The position numbers and the translations under genes are program-made. The notes beneath the pieces are model-generated. The model worked only from the letters and a program-made list of their open reading frames with translations. It did no database searches and was not told the DNA's origin. A DNA stretch of 64,000 nt from Eledone cirrhosa (taxonomy: Eukaryota): NCBI GenBank assembly GCA_964016885.1, contig OZ024740.1:68882001-68946000 (forward strand), given 5' to 3'. Position 1 is the first letter of the stretch. Every line of letters begins with the position of its first letter. Shown piece by piece: positions 40,980-55,318 of the stretch.

Positions 40980-43945
40980 ACACTGGGACGAAATGCACCC
41001 AGAGCTGAATTATTTCACAGCGAAACAATTACGCCAACAAGCGACGTTTGTTGGACGTAAAATAAGATAAATATTATTAATTGTAAGTCCTCCACAACAA
41101 AGATGGGATCAACAACACGTGCTACAGGTCGCCATGCTACTAGACTTCCTAGCAGCCAGGTCGGATAGTACCTTGAAATAACTATGCCTGTAAGAAACTT
41201 GACACCACCTGTACCATCTAAGTCTACCTCAAATGCTGGGGAAAACACTATCGATAATAATAATAATCGAGGAAATTTGACACCACGTGTACCATCTGAG
41301 TCTACCTCGACTGTTGTGGAAAATACTATCGGTAATGATAATAATCAAAAGTATAAACAATTGAAAATGTCCCTCTACGAAATCTTCCAGAGAGAATTTA
41401 ATTCATGTATAAATATCTCTCTTGCTGAACGTATTAAAACGACAAAGTTTAATAAAAAACAAAATAATGAAATATTACGTGTTATTGACGAAATAGGGGA
41501 TGAATATTTACGACGGATAAAAACACCAACATTTTGGTAAATCAACGCCTCTTTATTTGCCCTAGCAACGACAGGGAATCATTATCTTGGTGATAGCAGA
41601 GATATTAACAAGAACAGAACACCACCAAAAATACCATCATATATAACTAAAATAGTTAAGAAATTGCTGACCTACGAAAAAACATAGGATATGTGACAAT
41701 GCTCCTTAAATGCAAACAAATACAAAAAAAACCTCACTCCTCACCGACAAAGAGTGAAAAATAAAATAGAGACGATGTTTGGTAACAGTAGAACCAGAAC
41801 TCTTCAATATAAGCTGATCACACTCAAACAAGAATTGAGAGATGTTAGCGAAAAACGCCGATACATGAAGAAGGCAGATGAGAGTAAAGGGCTTAATAAA
41901 AGATTCAGACGAAACCAAACATCAGTCTATGGAGATATGAAGAACAAAATAATAAGTGTCACTGAGGCACCATCCCAGAACGATATAGATTCCTTTTGGA
42001 GCAAAATATGGGGTGAAAAGAAGAATTTCAACCAAGATGCAGTGTGGCTTTCAATTCTGTTCCCCACTCTTGGATGATAGAAGCCCTCCAACTTGCTAAA
42101 GTCCCAGACATTATTATCAGCGCCATAGAGAGGCTGTTTTCTTCTTGGGCTACTATCCTAATGTTAAAGACAGAGAGGGAGGACTATATTTTCACTGATA
42201 AAATAAAATATTGCAGGGGTATATTTCAGGGGGACACTCTCTCTGTGATATTATACATCTTGTCATTAAAGCCCTTGTCCTTTCTGCTCAAGAAATGTGA
42301 GGGATACATCATTAGCTCACAGGAAGACAGAAATACGATCCTAACCCATCATTTCTTTGTGGATTATCATAAACTCAATGCCAAGAACATGCATGTGATG
42401 AAGAAAAATCTTGACCTGGTTACAACGTTCTCAAAGGATATAGGAATGGAGTTTGGCCAAGATAAATGCTCATACATGACTGTAAAGCGGGGAAAAACAA
42501 CAACCCAATCTTGCAACATTGTCATCAATGGCCTAACTGTTTCACCGATATCTGATGAGGACTGCTACTGATACCTGGGGATAGATGAGAACATATCCTG
42601 TAATGGTATCTGTAATAAAGAACGCGTAACCAGGGAATACTAAACACGATTAAAAAAGATCTGGTCATCGGAACTCTCTGCGCAAAATAAAACAGTGGCT
42701 CACAATGTGTTTGTTGTGTCTGTCCTAACACCAACATTTGGAATACTCAATTGGACGATAGACAAAATCCGAGCAGTTGATTTTGGAACTCGAAAAATAC
42801 TAAACAACACCGGAAACTTCCACATCAACAGTGACATAGACTGCCTTTACTTGAAACGTAAGCAGGGAAGCAGAGGCCTAACATCAGTCCAGACAGCATT
42901 TGAATGTCGCATCATATCTCTCCGACAACATCTACGAACCTCGAAGCGTAGGAGCCCGTTTCTCAAGCAAGTCTATCTGCATGAAACAGATAAGATCATG
43001 AAAGTTGGGAAGGAACTCCTCGAGAGATATTCCCTGTGTGATAATCAAAAACTCACCCCCAGGGAAGTCGCTCAGCAGTATCGCAGTGAATCCATGGATG
43101 AAAAACTGCATGCTTATCAGCAAAAGATCATGCATGCTTATCAGCAAAAGATCATCCAAAAGATCATGCAGGAAGCTCCAGAGTGATAGTAATATAGATA
43201 AGGAAAATAGTCTATATTGGACCAACAACCGCTATATTGGCTCCCACTTTGAAGGATACGCTTTTGCAATCCAAGAACAAGCGATTAACACGAAATACCT
43301 GATTCACAAAATAGATAGGGATGCAGGCAAAACACCTAGATGTGATAACAAGAGCAGACTCTGCAGAACTAACATCGAGGATATCATCCATGTCATCAGC
43401 AGCTGTCCAAAGATGTCATCGCGGTACTATCTAGCTATGAGACATGATATAGTGGCCAAAACACTGTACAATGCAGTTCGTAAAAAACATAGCCCCGATA
43501 ATAAACACATTAAAAGCTACAACAATGTGGAAGACATCCATGTACATAATATGAAAGAATACTGTTGGAATGTTCCAGTATAAACCCCAATAAAATGCAT
43601 GCATAAAAGACCAGATATTAGGATATGGTACAGGGAGAATAAAAGCATGCACAGTAGTGAAAATTAGCTGCCCAGCAGATGCCAATATAATATCAAAGAT
43701 TAGCGAAAAGGAGAATATTTATGCAGAACTGATGAGAAATCTACAGATACTCCACCCTGATTACACCTTCAGATTTATGACTGTGATTATTGGGCACTGG
43801 GGTATGTTAGTAACTGCCTCAATACAAACCTTGAGAAGCTAGGCTTCACAGGAACAGAAAGAACAGAACTAGTTAGGAAATTACAAGTACAATCCATTAA
43901 TGAAACAGTAAAATATGTAAAACATTCCAAAAATTTAGCATCTAA
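40980..43945 (+). mobile_element. decayed R4/Dong-like RLE non-LTR retrotransposon (second family)
   Basis: AFNSVPHSW, RGIFQGDTLS, RLCRTNIEDIIHVISSCPK..RHD, RPDI. Many stops and an internal deletion near 42045. Confidence 0.8.
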
Positions 43946-45060
43946 TACCTGCATATACACATGTACAGATACAAAGCATATGCACATGAACATACAACTC
44001 AAAACATCCACATCCACACATACAATAACATCCATATCTACACATGCATGCATACTTAATCTACCTAGTTGATGTGTAAATTCCCATGAGAGAGACTTGT
44101 GTCTATGTTAGAAACCGAATCTTTCTCTTTTGGGAAAAAATTTGTTAAATTGTAAAACCAGAAAACATACATACACATTCGTCTGTCTGAAATGAGTGTA
44201 ACTGAATACCTGAATATGCGCGTCTGTGTGTTTGAATGCTTATACGTATGTCTTGAGGATGGTAAGCGCTGGGGAGCGAACCAATAACATCGGTGTTTGC
44301 AGTTTTTACATATGCTTCCATAGGTAGTTTTAAAACCTTGTTTTCCATTTAAACGTTCGAAATGTTTGTGGACAAACATAACCTAGTATATTATTGAATA
44401 ATATTCCGTGCTCAATATAAACAAATACTTGTTCACTCAAATATTAATATTGAGCAATTCTTCAACCTTTACTAAAATTACTGATTAAAGAATATTTTGA
44501 AATATATATAATTAGCAAGGATGAACGCCCAGTAGTATCATTATATCCGTTTAAAAGTTCTAACACTTAATGTGAAAACATCTTGTCATCTCATCATATC
44601 TATTGTGCAGAATTAATTTTATGCTATAATGATTGTTCTTTATATTTGTAATATTAATAAAAACGTTTCTTACTCACTCACGTGCATCAAATACCATGGT
44701 TTCAGTCAACTTCGTGGGTGATTTCCGTTTGTGATTTCTGTTTGTTTAAGGTGTTTCCTAATGGTGGTTTATAACAGATTTTGTTCGTGTCATTATGAGA
44801 AAACAACTAGTTGGTTATATAGAGGACGAATAAAAAAAAACCGACATCTATTCCATATTAATAACACCTCACGCACCGTCATCCATATCACGCGATCATA
44901 TCAATTATTGTAAGTGATGGACACTAAAATATTTCATGATTTATTAATTCTCTCGTTGATCCTGTGTATGATTCATGCAAACATACATCTGTACTTTCAC
45001 CTAGTACACTATCATTTCTTGTAAAGCATAAGTAATGTATATATACATATATTTATGTAT

Positions 45061-45111
<51 letters not shown>

Positions 45112-45967
45112 AATAAATATATATATATATATATGTATATATATACATATATATACATACATATATATATATACATACATATATGTTTACACACACACAC
45201 ACATACACACACACACATATATATATATATATATCGTTGATATCTTTCTGCATGTCTATATTCTCCTGTGCATGGAGACAGGATATATATCTTGATCAAT
45301 TTTTTTAAATAATTGATTCTGGAATTGTATAAATTCTATTTTAATATTTGATTCATTGCTTGCCAAAGGATCATGGGCTAGTTACATGCATTTAAGCAAT
45401 ATATTAACATAATTTGTTGAATGATGCGAATCAGACTGAATATATTTATATATGAAATACAATTTGACAGTTAGATACATTATTATAGAACCAACTCATG
45501 TGTAGTAAGTAATGTCAAAAGTTCTTGAAGCCCCGATCATGTCAGAAAGGATAATATTTTATTGTTATTTCTATTGTTAAGTCTTCAATCAAATTATCTC
45601 TAGGGACATGTCAGGTGTGGTACATACAAATAAATGGATGGTACATACAACTAACAGTAGATTTCGTGTTAAAAGTGGAGCAAAGTAGATACTATAGATT
45701 TGGAAAGTGATAAATATCTGGTTGAGATGTTGACAAAACTTATTTAGTCCTCTGTATTATTATTGTTTACTCGGAGAAGAAAGGGAACAATATGTGTTTT
45801 AGTGTAAAGCATCGAAGCTAGTGAAGATATTCGGGAGGGAGGCTTGAACGTATTGAGTACACCAGAGAGAAATCCAAATCGAGAATGCGAGAAAATACTA
45901 CATGTAAGATTTTCAAAAAACAATAAACCGTAATAATTTTATTGTGCCTATATATATATATATAAAA

Positions 45968-46062
<95 letters not shown>

Positions 46063-46226
46063 GAGGTTATATTTAATTTGTTGGGATTCAACAAGCTTAA
46101 ATAAACCGTTATCTTTTCAACCTTTCTGACACTCATTTGTATACTCAATCATAATTTTATATCACCCTCAATAAATCTAATATCTCCACTATCCAGGAAG
46201 CTCCAACCGTTAAGGTTGTCTTTTTT

Positions 46227-46371
46227 CAGGGTATGTCAAGATTTATTTATAAAACTAATCTGTATTGTATTTTATCTGATGAAAGCACACCATAATTTGC
46301 CTTGGTGGCCCTTGAAATATGTATAGTAGAATAAATATGGTTTTATAAATATAGTTTCCATTTGTTAATAT

Positions 46372-46378
<7 letters not shown>
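46227..46378 (+). mobile_element. family B pseudo-LTR with hammerhead motif at 46270-46331
   Basis: TTTTAT-CTGATGA-AAG..CACCA..TGGTG..CTT-GAAA-TATGTA-TA-GTAGAA. Confidence 0.7.
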
Positions 46379-46454
<76 letters not shown>

Positions 46455-46806
46455 GTGTATGTGTGTGTGTTTATAAATATATATATATGTGATATTTATT
46501 TATGTGTGTATGTATGTGTTGTGTATATGTGTATATAGTTATATATTAATGTATATATATATATATATATAAACGAAAGTTAGAGTTAATAACTCTTACT
46601 GAAACCCTGTAATCAATAAGCTCCAAGTATAAATACTGAGCATTATAATAATAATTATATATATGCAGTAAGAAAGTCAGTAAGTCGTGTGTCTAATATT
46701 ACGAGGGTTGAAAGACCACATTTGTTTGAAATATTTAACCATCAAGCAGACAGAATGATAAAATTAAATAAAATTATATTATACAAACCGCCTCAATAAC
46801 AATTAT

Positions 46807-46888
46807 TTCTCTCGGACAGATTAGGGATAATCTGTTTCGCCCTGAGTGTGTTTGTAACAGATAATCCTGGGCATCATCAGCGAGAGAA
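46807..46888 (-). ncRNA. intact-looking type I hammerhead ribozyme
   Basis: TTCTCTCG-CTGATGA-T-GCCC..GGGC-GAAA-CAGATTA tccc TAATCTG-TC-CGAGAGAA. 8-bp stem I, 8-bp stem III, GUC site. Confidence 0.85.
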
Positions 46889-47138
46889 TCTGATTAAATG
46901 CGACAAACACCTAGTACCAACGTTCACACAGAAATATGAATTTATCACCTCGTGCGCCGTAAGTCAAAAGTGGTATGAGTGTATTGGTTAGAAACAACAG
47001 TCCAACACTCGCAACTTAATAAGCTCACCTCATGAGGGAGCCGAAATATAAATGAAAGTTAGAGTTAATAACTCTTAGTGAAACCCTGTAATCAATAAGC
47101 TCCAAGTATAAATATGAGCATTATAATAATAATAATAA

Positions 47139-47331
47139 GGGCGGTGGATTGGCAGTATCAGTAGAGGGTCGGACGCCATGCTTTCCAGCATAGTTACTTC
47201 CCTTTACGATCTGAGTTCAAATCCCGCCGAGGTTGACTTTGCCTTTCATCCTTACGGGGTCGATAAAATAAAGTACCAGTAATGCACTGGGTTATTGCTG
47301 GCCTTGTGCCTAAAGGAGAAACAATTATAAT
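47139..47331 (+). mobile_element. SINE, full length
   Basis: A and B boxes, core and tail. Inserted in an (AAT)n run that is uninterrupted in the paralogous repeat. Confidence 0.9.
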
Positions 47332-47518
47332 TATTTCTGCATTAGGCACAAGGCCAGCAATTACCCAGTGTATTACTGGTACTTTATTTTATCGACCCCG
47401 TAAGGATGAAAGGCAAAGTTAACCTCGGCGAGATTTGAACTCAGAATGGCAAGGGCCGTAACTCTATGCGTCAAAGCATGACGTCCGACCCTCTACCGAT
47501 ACTGCCAATCCACCGCCA
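47332..47518 (-). mobile_element. SINE, full length, inserted into tail of previous SINE
   Basis: Flanked by the 16-bp direct repeat GAGAAACAATTATAAT (47316-47331 and 47521-47536). Confidence 0.9.
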
Positions 47519-47743
47519 TAGAGAAACAATTATAATAATAATATATATGTAGTAAGAAACACAGTAAGTCGTGTGTCTAATATTACGAGGGTTGAAAGAC
47601 CACATTTGTTTGAAATATTTAACCATCAAGCAGACAGAATGATAAAATAAAATTATATATATATATATATGTGTATATAATTATATATATATATCTGTAT
47701 GTATATGTATGTGTGTATATAATTATGTATATCTGTATGTATA

Positions 47744-47818
<75 letters not shown>

Positions 47819-47947
47819 CTATCTGTCTGTCTGTTTGTGTGTGTGTGTATTTTTATTAATGTGGTGAGGTAACTTTTTGTATATATGTGTGTGTATGTAT
47901 ATGTGTATTTTTATATATATGTATGTGTTTATATATGTAAATATATC

Positions 47948-47996
47948 TAATAGCCGTCGAAACGGCTTGAGCTCTGCCGTCGGGGTCATACTTTTT

Positions 47997-48000
<4 letters not shown>
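47948..48000 (+). mobile_element. family A short copy
   Basis: aatagccgtcgaaacggcttgagctctgccgtcggggtcatactttttccta. Confidence 0.7.
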
Positions 48001-48045
<45 letters not shown>

Positions 48046-48857
48046 GTATGTGTGTGTATGTATATGTATATATATGTGAGTATTTGTATGGTTGTGTGTG
48101 TGTGTATATATATATATGATTGCATACATAGTAATTTAACGTTTATTTTCATTGATTATTTGCTCCAGGGTTTGTTGAGTGCTCTAAATCAGTTATAAAC
48201 ATTTATACATTTATCTATTTATTTATTTATTTATTATTTGTCGTATTCCCAATTATTTGTTTACCCCTTCCACCTTTTTATTTATATATATATATATAAT
48301 ATTTATGTATTTTCTTATATATATTTATATATGTATACATATATATATTTAAGAGTTAGACAAGGTTCAATGAATACATCAAAGAATTAGTTTTACACAC
48401 ATACATATATATATATATGTATGTGTGTGTATGTATATGTATATATGTAAATGTATGTGTGTGTATATATTTATATCTATGTATATATATATATGTGTGT
48501 GTATGTGTGTATGTATATATTTATATGTATGTATGTGTATGTGTAAATGTGTGTATTGCTTACCACGTTTGTTTGTTCATTTGTTTGTGTCCTTTCCTGT
48601 ATCGTTGTCAACTTTATAATAATTTTGATTTTGATTTTGATGTGACTGCCTATTGCCTTATATGGTCGTCCACTGTTTTTTATTTTTATTTTTTATTATT
48701 ATTTTTTATTATAATTAATTGTATGTGTGTGTACATTATCTATATTTGTGTGTGCGTATGTATGCGTGTATATATGTGTGTATGTATATGTGTGTGTATG
48801 CACGTGTGTATATATATGTATGATTATGAGTGTGTATATATATATATATATATATAT

Positions 48858-51090
48858 ACGTCCGAAACTTCAATACAAGACCACACAACAACAGGGGAAA
48901 TACCATTAGATATAATAATACCGTTGAAAAAACATTCCAGAAAAATCATTTTTTAGAGCAAGGCTACAGGACCCGCGACTCCCGGTGGCACAAACCGATT
49001 TTGAAAAACCGAAAATAATAAACCTTTCAAATACAAACCTCTCAGCCCAACAAGTAAAAATTATATCCAAAGACTTAAATTAACACCAACACCACAATAC
49101 TCTAACCTCAATGAGATAAGTGACGATATCTCACACTTCTGTAGAAAATTACGTCTCACAGAGGAATTCTTTGACAAGGAGAATAACGACGAATCAATTG
49201 TACGGAATAAAAGCAGCTACAACCCAACAAAAGGTAGAAACTAAGTTCTGGACAAATTTTGTGACCACATAGCTACTTTCCCATACCATGAACTACCGCA
49301 ACCTAAACCCAAACCCAACACGAGTCGAAGGGAATGGGAGATTATCCATGAACTAAAAAACAATACGGACATTATAATTAAGGAAGCGGACAAGGGAAGT
49401 ACTGTTGTCATTATGGAGGCTGAAAAATATAAAAATTCTATGTTCTCTCTCTTACAAAATACTAATTACTATGAAAGAGTAAAAAAAATACCAGCAATCA
49501 AAAACAATGACCACATTAAACACACTGATTTATCGATACCACGAAGACCTAACTAAAAAGGAATGCGATTATTTAACACATTTTGAATACAAAACACAGA
49601 CTGAGCAACTTTATAGATATACTACTAAAACCAATTCTCAAACACATACCAAGCCTTGTAAGAGACGATCTGGACCTCTTAAACCACCTCCCCAAACATG
49701 TCAACAACGACACTATTATTGTGTCTTTCGATGTAGTGAATCTCTACACAACGATCCCACACCAATACGGACTAGGAGCAATAGGATTCTGGCTAGAGAA
49801 ATATCCCGAGATACCTGCCAGAATAGAATAAAGGTTCATCACCGAGGGATTAAAATTCATCTTACAGAACAACTTTTTTGATTTCGATGGCAGTACTTAC
49901 AAGCAAATATCGGGGACTGCGATTGGTACAAAAGCCTCTGCAACTTATGCCAACTTAGTCATGGCATACTTAGAAGTCCAGATATATGAACAGTCCAAAT
50001 CAAAATACGGATTGAACTTCCACAAATATTTATCAGAGAATTGGAAACGCTACTTGGGTGATTGTCTCATTCTTTGCTCCCACACACTCGACCAACTGAA
50101 GGATTTCAAAAACTTAATAAACGGCATCAATAACCACATCCAATTCACAATGGAATACAGCGAAGATCAACTCCCATTTCTGGACATCTTAATCTTAAAA
50201 AAAGACACAAATATTGAAACTGACATACACTACAATGCAACAGATTCCAAACAATACCTGCTATTCACCTCCAACTATCCAAAGCACACGACGACGAACA
50301 TTCCTGTTTAACCTAGCAAGAAGAATTTGCACAATTGTCTCAAATTATGAAACGCGAAATAAAAGACTTCAAGAATTAAATGAAATTCTACTCGAAAGAG
50401 TATAAATAATGGAATAGAAAGGGCTAAAGCAATAGGCATTGATAAATTACGAAAAGAGAAACAAATTCAAGGTGCGTCCACTATTCTATCATATATCTCA
50501 TCAACACACAACCCAAGAAATGCGGAAGCTTACAACACTATTCACAAGAACATCCCACTACTAAAATAAAACCCAAGAATAAAAAAGCCCTTGAAACACA
50601 CAAAATAATCAAAAGCAAAAGACAACTGAAATCACTGAAAACATTACTCACCAATGCCAAATTACCTACCACAAACCCACAAACAAACTGTCAAAAAATG
50701 TGGTCGCTCTAATTGTGGAACCTGACCTCACCTCATTGAAGGCAGCACGTATACATTTAAATCAGGACAAAATCTTGCTGTAAAAAAATCACTTCACTTG
50801 CTCATCAAAAAATCTACTTTATGCCATTAAATGTAAAGGATGTAATGAAGATTATAGAGGACAAACTAAACTCACACTCAAAAACAGAATGACAGTTCAT
50901 CGCCAACAATTACGAGATCCAACCACGAGACAGATACGACTAAACGCACATCTAGACATATGCGCAAGTAATAAGACACCCACATTCCATGTCTTCCCAT
51001 TTTACCTTTGCGCTAGCAATACAACAGAAGAAATACGAATAAATAAGGAAAATATGTTTATTCAAAAATATAGACCAGCATTAAATATGG
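48858..51090 (+). pseudogene. decayed Neptune-type PLE (ORF1 3' end, RT, Cys linker, GIY-YIG)
   Basis: PKIINLS, IIIKEADKGS, SFDVVNLYTTIP, GTAIG, WKRYLGD, KCGRSNCGT, RMTVHRQQ, PALN. Multiple frameshifts. Confidence 0.85.
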
Positions 51091-51762
51091 TTTACTATAC
51101 ATTATGTCAACACCATAACATGCTAACCATCCAAACAGACACATACACACACACATAACACCTGCTACTTTAGAAAATATAAACCCGAACTAAATAAAAC
51201 TTAACATACGTTTGCGCTGACAATACAAAAGAACAAATACGAATAAGTAAGGAAAACATGTTCATTCAGAAATATTCCTACTAAAAGAATCATTTTCCTA
51301 CACACACACACACACACACACACACACTATATATATATATATTCTCTTCATCTTAAAATGCTAACCATACTCCCACACACACATAACACCCATACACACA
51401 CACACACACATAACCCCCCCCCACACACACACACACAACTGCCTCCCCCATTTCTACTAATAGAATCACCTTCCTACACATATATATACACACACACAAA
51501 ATATATATATTCTTTCCATCTTAACATACACCCAACACACACATAACGCCCATATACAAACACAACTCCCTCCATCATTTCTACTAATAGAATCATTTTC
51601 CAATACACACACACACACACACACACAAGCACACAAATAAACATACACTTCTTTACTTTCTTTATTTCAATAGAAAATATGAATTCTGACATCCGACCGA
51701 ACTAACCATATTCATTTAACCAGAACAATTCTCCCATCTCATTTCTCTTGACCATTATCTTT

Positions 51763-51945
51763 TGGTGGATATGCAGTATCAGTAGAGGGTCGGACGTCAT
51801 GCATTGACGCATAGAGATACGGCCCTTTCAGTTCTGAGTTCAAATCCCGCCGAGGTTAAGTTTGCCTTTCATCTTTACGGGGTCGATAAAATAAAGTACC
51901 AGTCATGTACTGGATAATTGCTGGCCTTGTGCCAAAAGTAGAAAA
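51763..51945 (+). mobile_element. SINE
   Basis: Same family as the 2125 copy. Confidence 0.85.
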
Positions 51946-52579
51946 AAATATATTTTGCTTGTCATAAAATTCTCTAAAAAGGCTACGGAATAGATTTCCA
52001 AATAAGGGCGCGAAAATTTAATGAAAACTTGTTCACGTGATAGCCATAATTTCATTTATAATCAATCAATTTACGTTTATTAAAATAGAGCATTCGTGAG
52101 CCCCTTTTTTTTAAGTAAAAAGAAATTCAAACACTGATATGTGAAAAAACAACCTGAGCCCCCTCCCCCTGTTTGAAGAACTTTGTAACACGAACTGGCG
52201 CGTTATTTATTATAATTATTGACCAACCAATCAAATTAATCTCTAAAAACCTGGCATTTCGAGCCACTTATTTCCATATAAAACAAGTAACATTCAGAGA
52301 CCAACCAGATGTGAGAAAAACCACAGACCTTCCATCTCAACTCTACTTTTGAAAAGCAGAAGAACTGAGAAAGAGGTAAAGGAACCAAATACATATATAT
52401 ATTTTTTTTAAAATAAGACTCCAGTTACATTTTCGATTTCATATTTTTGTCTTTATATATATTAATAAGAGGAATTCCAACTTTGTCTGATTTACTCGTT
52501 TTATTTACAATCCTTTAAAATATATATAATGGTATTATAATGAAATAGTATGATAGAATATTAAATTCTAAGTGTTAAT

Positions 52580-52618
52580 TGAACAAGTACTTTCATGCTT
52601 TCGCAATCTTCAGGTTCA
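52580..52618 (-). ncRNA. minimal hammerhead motif in 3' pseudo-LTR of the Neptune element
   Basis: TGAAC-CTGAAGA-tTGC gaaa GCAt-GAAA-GTAC-TT-GTTCA. Palindromic stem III AGTACT. Confidence 0.7.
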
Positions 52619-52993
52619 TGATATGTGGTGACAGTCGAGTTTGCAATTTTCAACTGTAATGAGATGGGTAAATTTCCTACCTTTTATACATTTTATACAG
52701 AGAAAAGTGGCTCCAGAATGTAAAGACCTGTAAACTGTATTTCGACCAATCAGTGTGTAGTTTCACTGAATTACTACAGCTGATTGGTTTAAGCGTCACG
52801 GCTGGTTGAGCATGCTAACGAACAATAGTCATATCCAACGTATCAATTGTTTTGCTTTTTTGAAATGATGAAAATAGCATTTTCTATTAATCATCACCAT
52901 CAACATCACTTTTATTATTATTATTATTGTTGTTGTTGTTGTTGTTAGTGGTCGTGGTCATAGTGGTAGTAGAAGTAATACCGCTAGGCGTTA

Positions 52994-55318
52994 TTATTGT
53001 TCATTTAGCTTGGGTTTGAATTTATCAATAAAATTATTTTCTTTGATTTTTCTCTTGATTTCACTTGGGCTGTGTAATTTGTAGAATGGGAATATTATAA
53101 ACATTCCCTGACCACATGTTGCCAGGTGGCCGCTTAGGGGTATCTGACGGACATTTGGGTCTCTGATTTGTTGACGGTGTACCCGTGCACGTTCCGATAG
53201 TGCATTTCCAGTTTGACCGACATATAGTTCTTCACAATTCGGGCATTTAATGCAGTAAATTAGATTTCTGCTTTTGCAGTTCATATTTGCATTTGGGAAT
53301 ATTTTTCCAGTTTTTGTTTTCATATATTGACCGGCGTGTATGGATTGACATGTGCCGCATCGATTATCATTGCATTTAGATACGGTGAATGATTGGTCTT
53401 TGTTGTTAAGGTCAAACTTTGCTTTTGTTAGCAATTGCTTCAAATTTTTTGGCTGTCTTTTACTAAGAGTCAAAGATCGATCTGTGATTAAGCCTTTTAA
53501 TTCATTACTTTGAGCAATGATCGGTAGGTTTGCTTTGGCAGTGCTGAATATATTCTGGTGACATGGGTTGTGTGTCATTATAAATGGTATGACCAGTTCT
53601 TGGTTTCTTCTTCCTTGGGTTGTTCTAAGTTGTTGTATAGGTATTTTTATAGCCCGCTGTATGCCATTTTCTATAAGTAGAGATGGGTATTTTTGTTTGA
53701 GCAAAAATTCTCTTAGTTCTGTTAGGCGTTTGTACCTGGTATTCGTATCTTCTACAATGGTACAAATTCTTCTGGCTAGGCAGTATGGGATGTTGCGTTT
53801 TGTATGAGGTGGATGGCACGACTTAAAATTCAGATATTGATGGATGTCTGTGTGTTTATAATATATATCCGTGGTAATGGTGGTGTCGTTTTTGATTATC
53901 ATTATATCTAGGAATGGTAATTTGGTGCTACTCATCTCTTTTGTGAATTGGAGAGATGGGTGTAGGTTATTCAGGAGGATATTGAACTCATCCAGAGTAT
54001 CTAGAGATTCTGTCCAGATGATGAAACAGTCGTCAAGGTATCTCTTCCAAGATTTTTCAATGTACTTTCTAAAGTCAGTACTATATTTTTCCTCTATTTC
54101 TTGGTAGAGTTGTTGTTCTAAGTATCCCATTACAGAGTTCGCGTAAACGGGAGCAAACTTCGTTCCCATCGCTGTGCCTCTAATTTGGATGTAATTCTTT
54201 CCATTGAAGAAGAAAGTGTTGTTTTCCAGAATAAGTTTAACTGCGTCTTATATAAATGGCGCTGTGAATCTAATGGGAATCACTTCTCTATGTTTTTCCA
54301 CCCAGTATTTAACCGCCTTTATTCCTAAATCATGTGTAATGTTGGTGTAAAGGCTTACCACATCAAAACTGAGTAGAAGGGAATTCGTTTCCGTGGTTTT
54401 GGGAAGATGGGACAGGAAGTCGATATCATCCCGGATAAAACTGGGTATGTGAATACATAGTGGTTTCAAAATAGTGTCAACAAAATTGCTCAGACGGTGA
54501 GTGGGGCATGTTGGACCAGCTATAATAGGTCTAAGTTTTAAGTCTTTTGGGTGTAATAATTTAATGTACTCACTGTTTTGTTCTCTTACTGCCAGTTGTA
54601 TTTCTTTTGACTTGTGAACTTTCGGTAGGCCATACAGGTTGCTGGGTTTCGGCTCAAAATTGCTGATGTAGTCTCTTTCATTATCAGTAAATGAGTTGTG
54701 GTATTTTGAAGCCAGGATGTTGATCTTCTTCATGATGTGGTCTATATTTGACGGTATTTCATGATAGAATGTTGTGTCTTTCAGTTGTTCCTCAACCAAA
54801 TCCTTGTAGTATTCAGTATCCATTATAACAACTGCACCCTCTTTATCTGCTTGTTTAATTATTATTGTTTTATCATTTTGTATACGTTTAAGTGCAGAAA
54901 TTTCTGATTTGTTAATGTTTGGCCTAACATTAGTATTATGTCTAAGAGGAAATTTAGACAGGATGTCAATGTATTGGTCGAGATAGATATTTCTTCCTTT
55001 TGGCGGAGTGAAATTTGATTTATTCTTTACTAGTGATTCATCACTCTCATTATTTTTATCAGCGAAGAATTCTACAAGACGTAATTTTCGACAGAATTCT
55101 GGGGTATCCTCCTTCAGTTCTTGATGGTTGACTGTTGGAGTCGGTGTGAATTTCAGTCCTTTTGACAGAATTTGCATTTCATCATTGTCAAGATCTCTTT
55201 TAGATAAATTAATTATTTTAGGATCTACGTGTACAGCTGTTTTGGGTATGTTTCCTCCTGGAGTTTTTCTTTTTCCGGTTTTTGTTGTCCTGACGTTAAA
55301 AAATGGATTTTTCTCTGT
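52994..55318 (-). pseudogene. Neptune-type PLE RT and GIY-YIG frame with one in-frame TAA (54248-54250)
   Basis: PKIINLS..LSKGLKFTPTP, KQADK, SFDVVSLYTNI, GTAMG, RYLDD, KCNDNRCGTC, LIYCIKC..YVGQT. The two listed ORFs share one frame. Confidence 0.9.

Larger units (their letters stand above)
46571..47655 (-). mobile_element. non-coding ~480-bp partial-tandem unit with hammerhead (retrozyme-like), interrupted by SINEs
   Basis: 46571 repeats at ~47050, and the second copy resumes at ~47530 after the SINE pair. Confidence 0.7.

Noticed and set aside
54248-54250. In-frame stops in RT ORFs as selenocysteine recoding (known in some Naiad PLEs)
   Set aside because: This stop and the one at 31034 are TAA, not TGA, and are not at Cys positions. 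Simple nonsense mutation is more likely.
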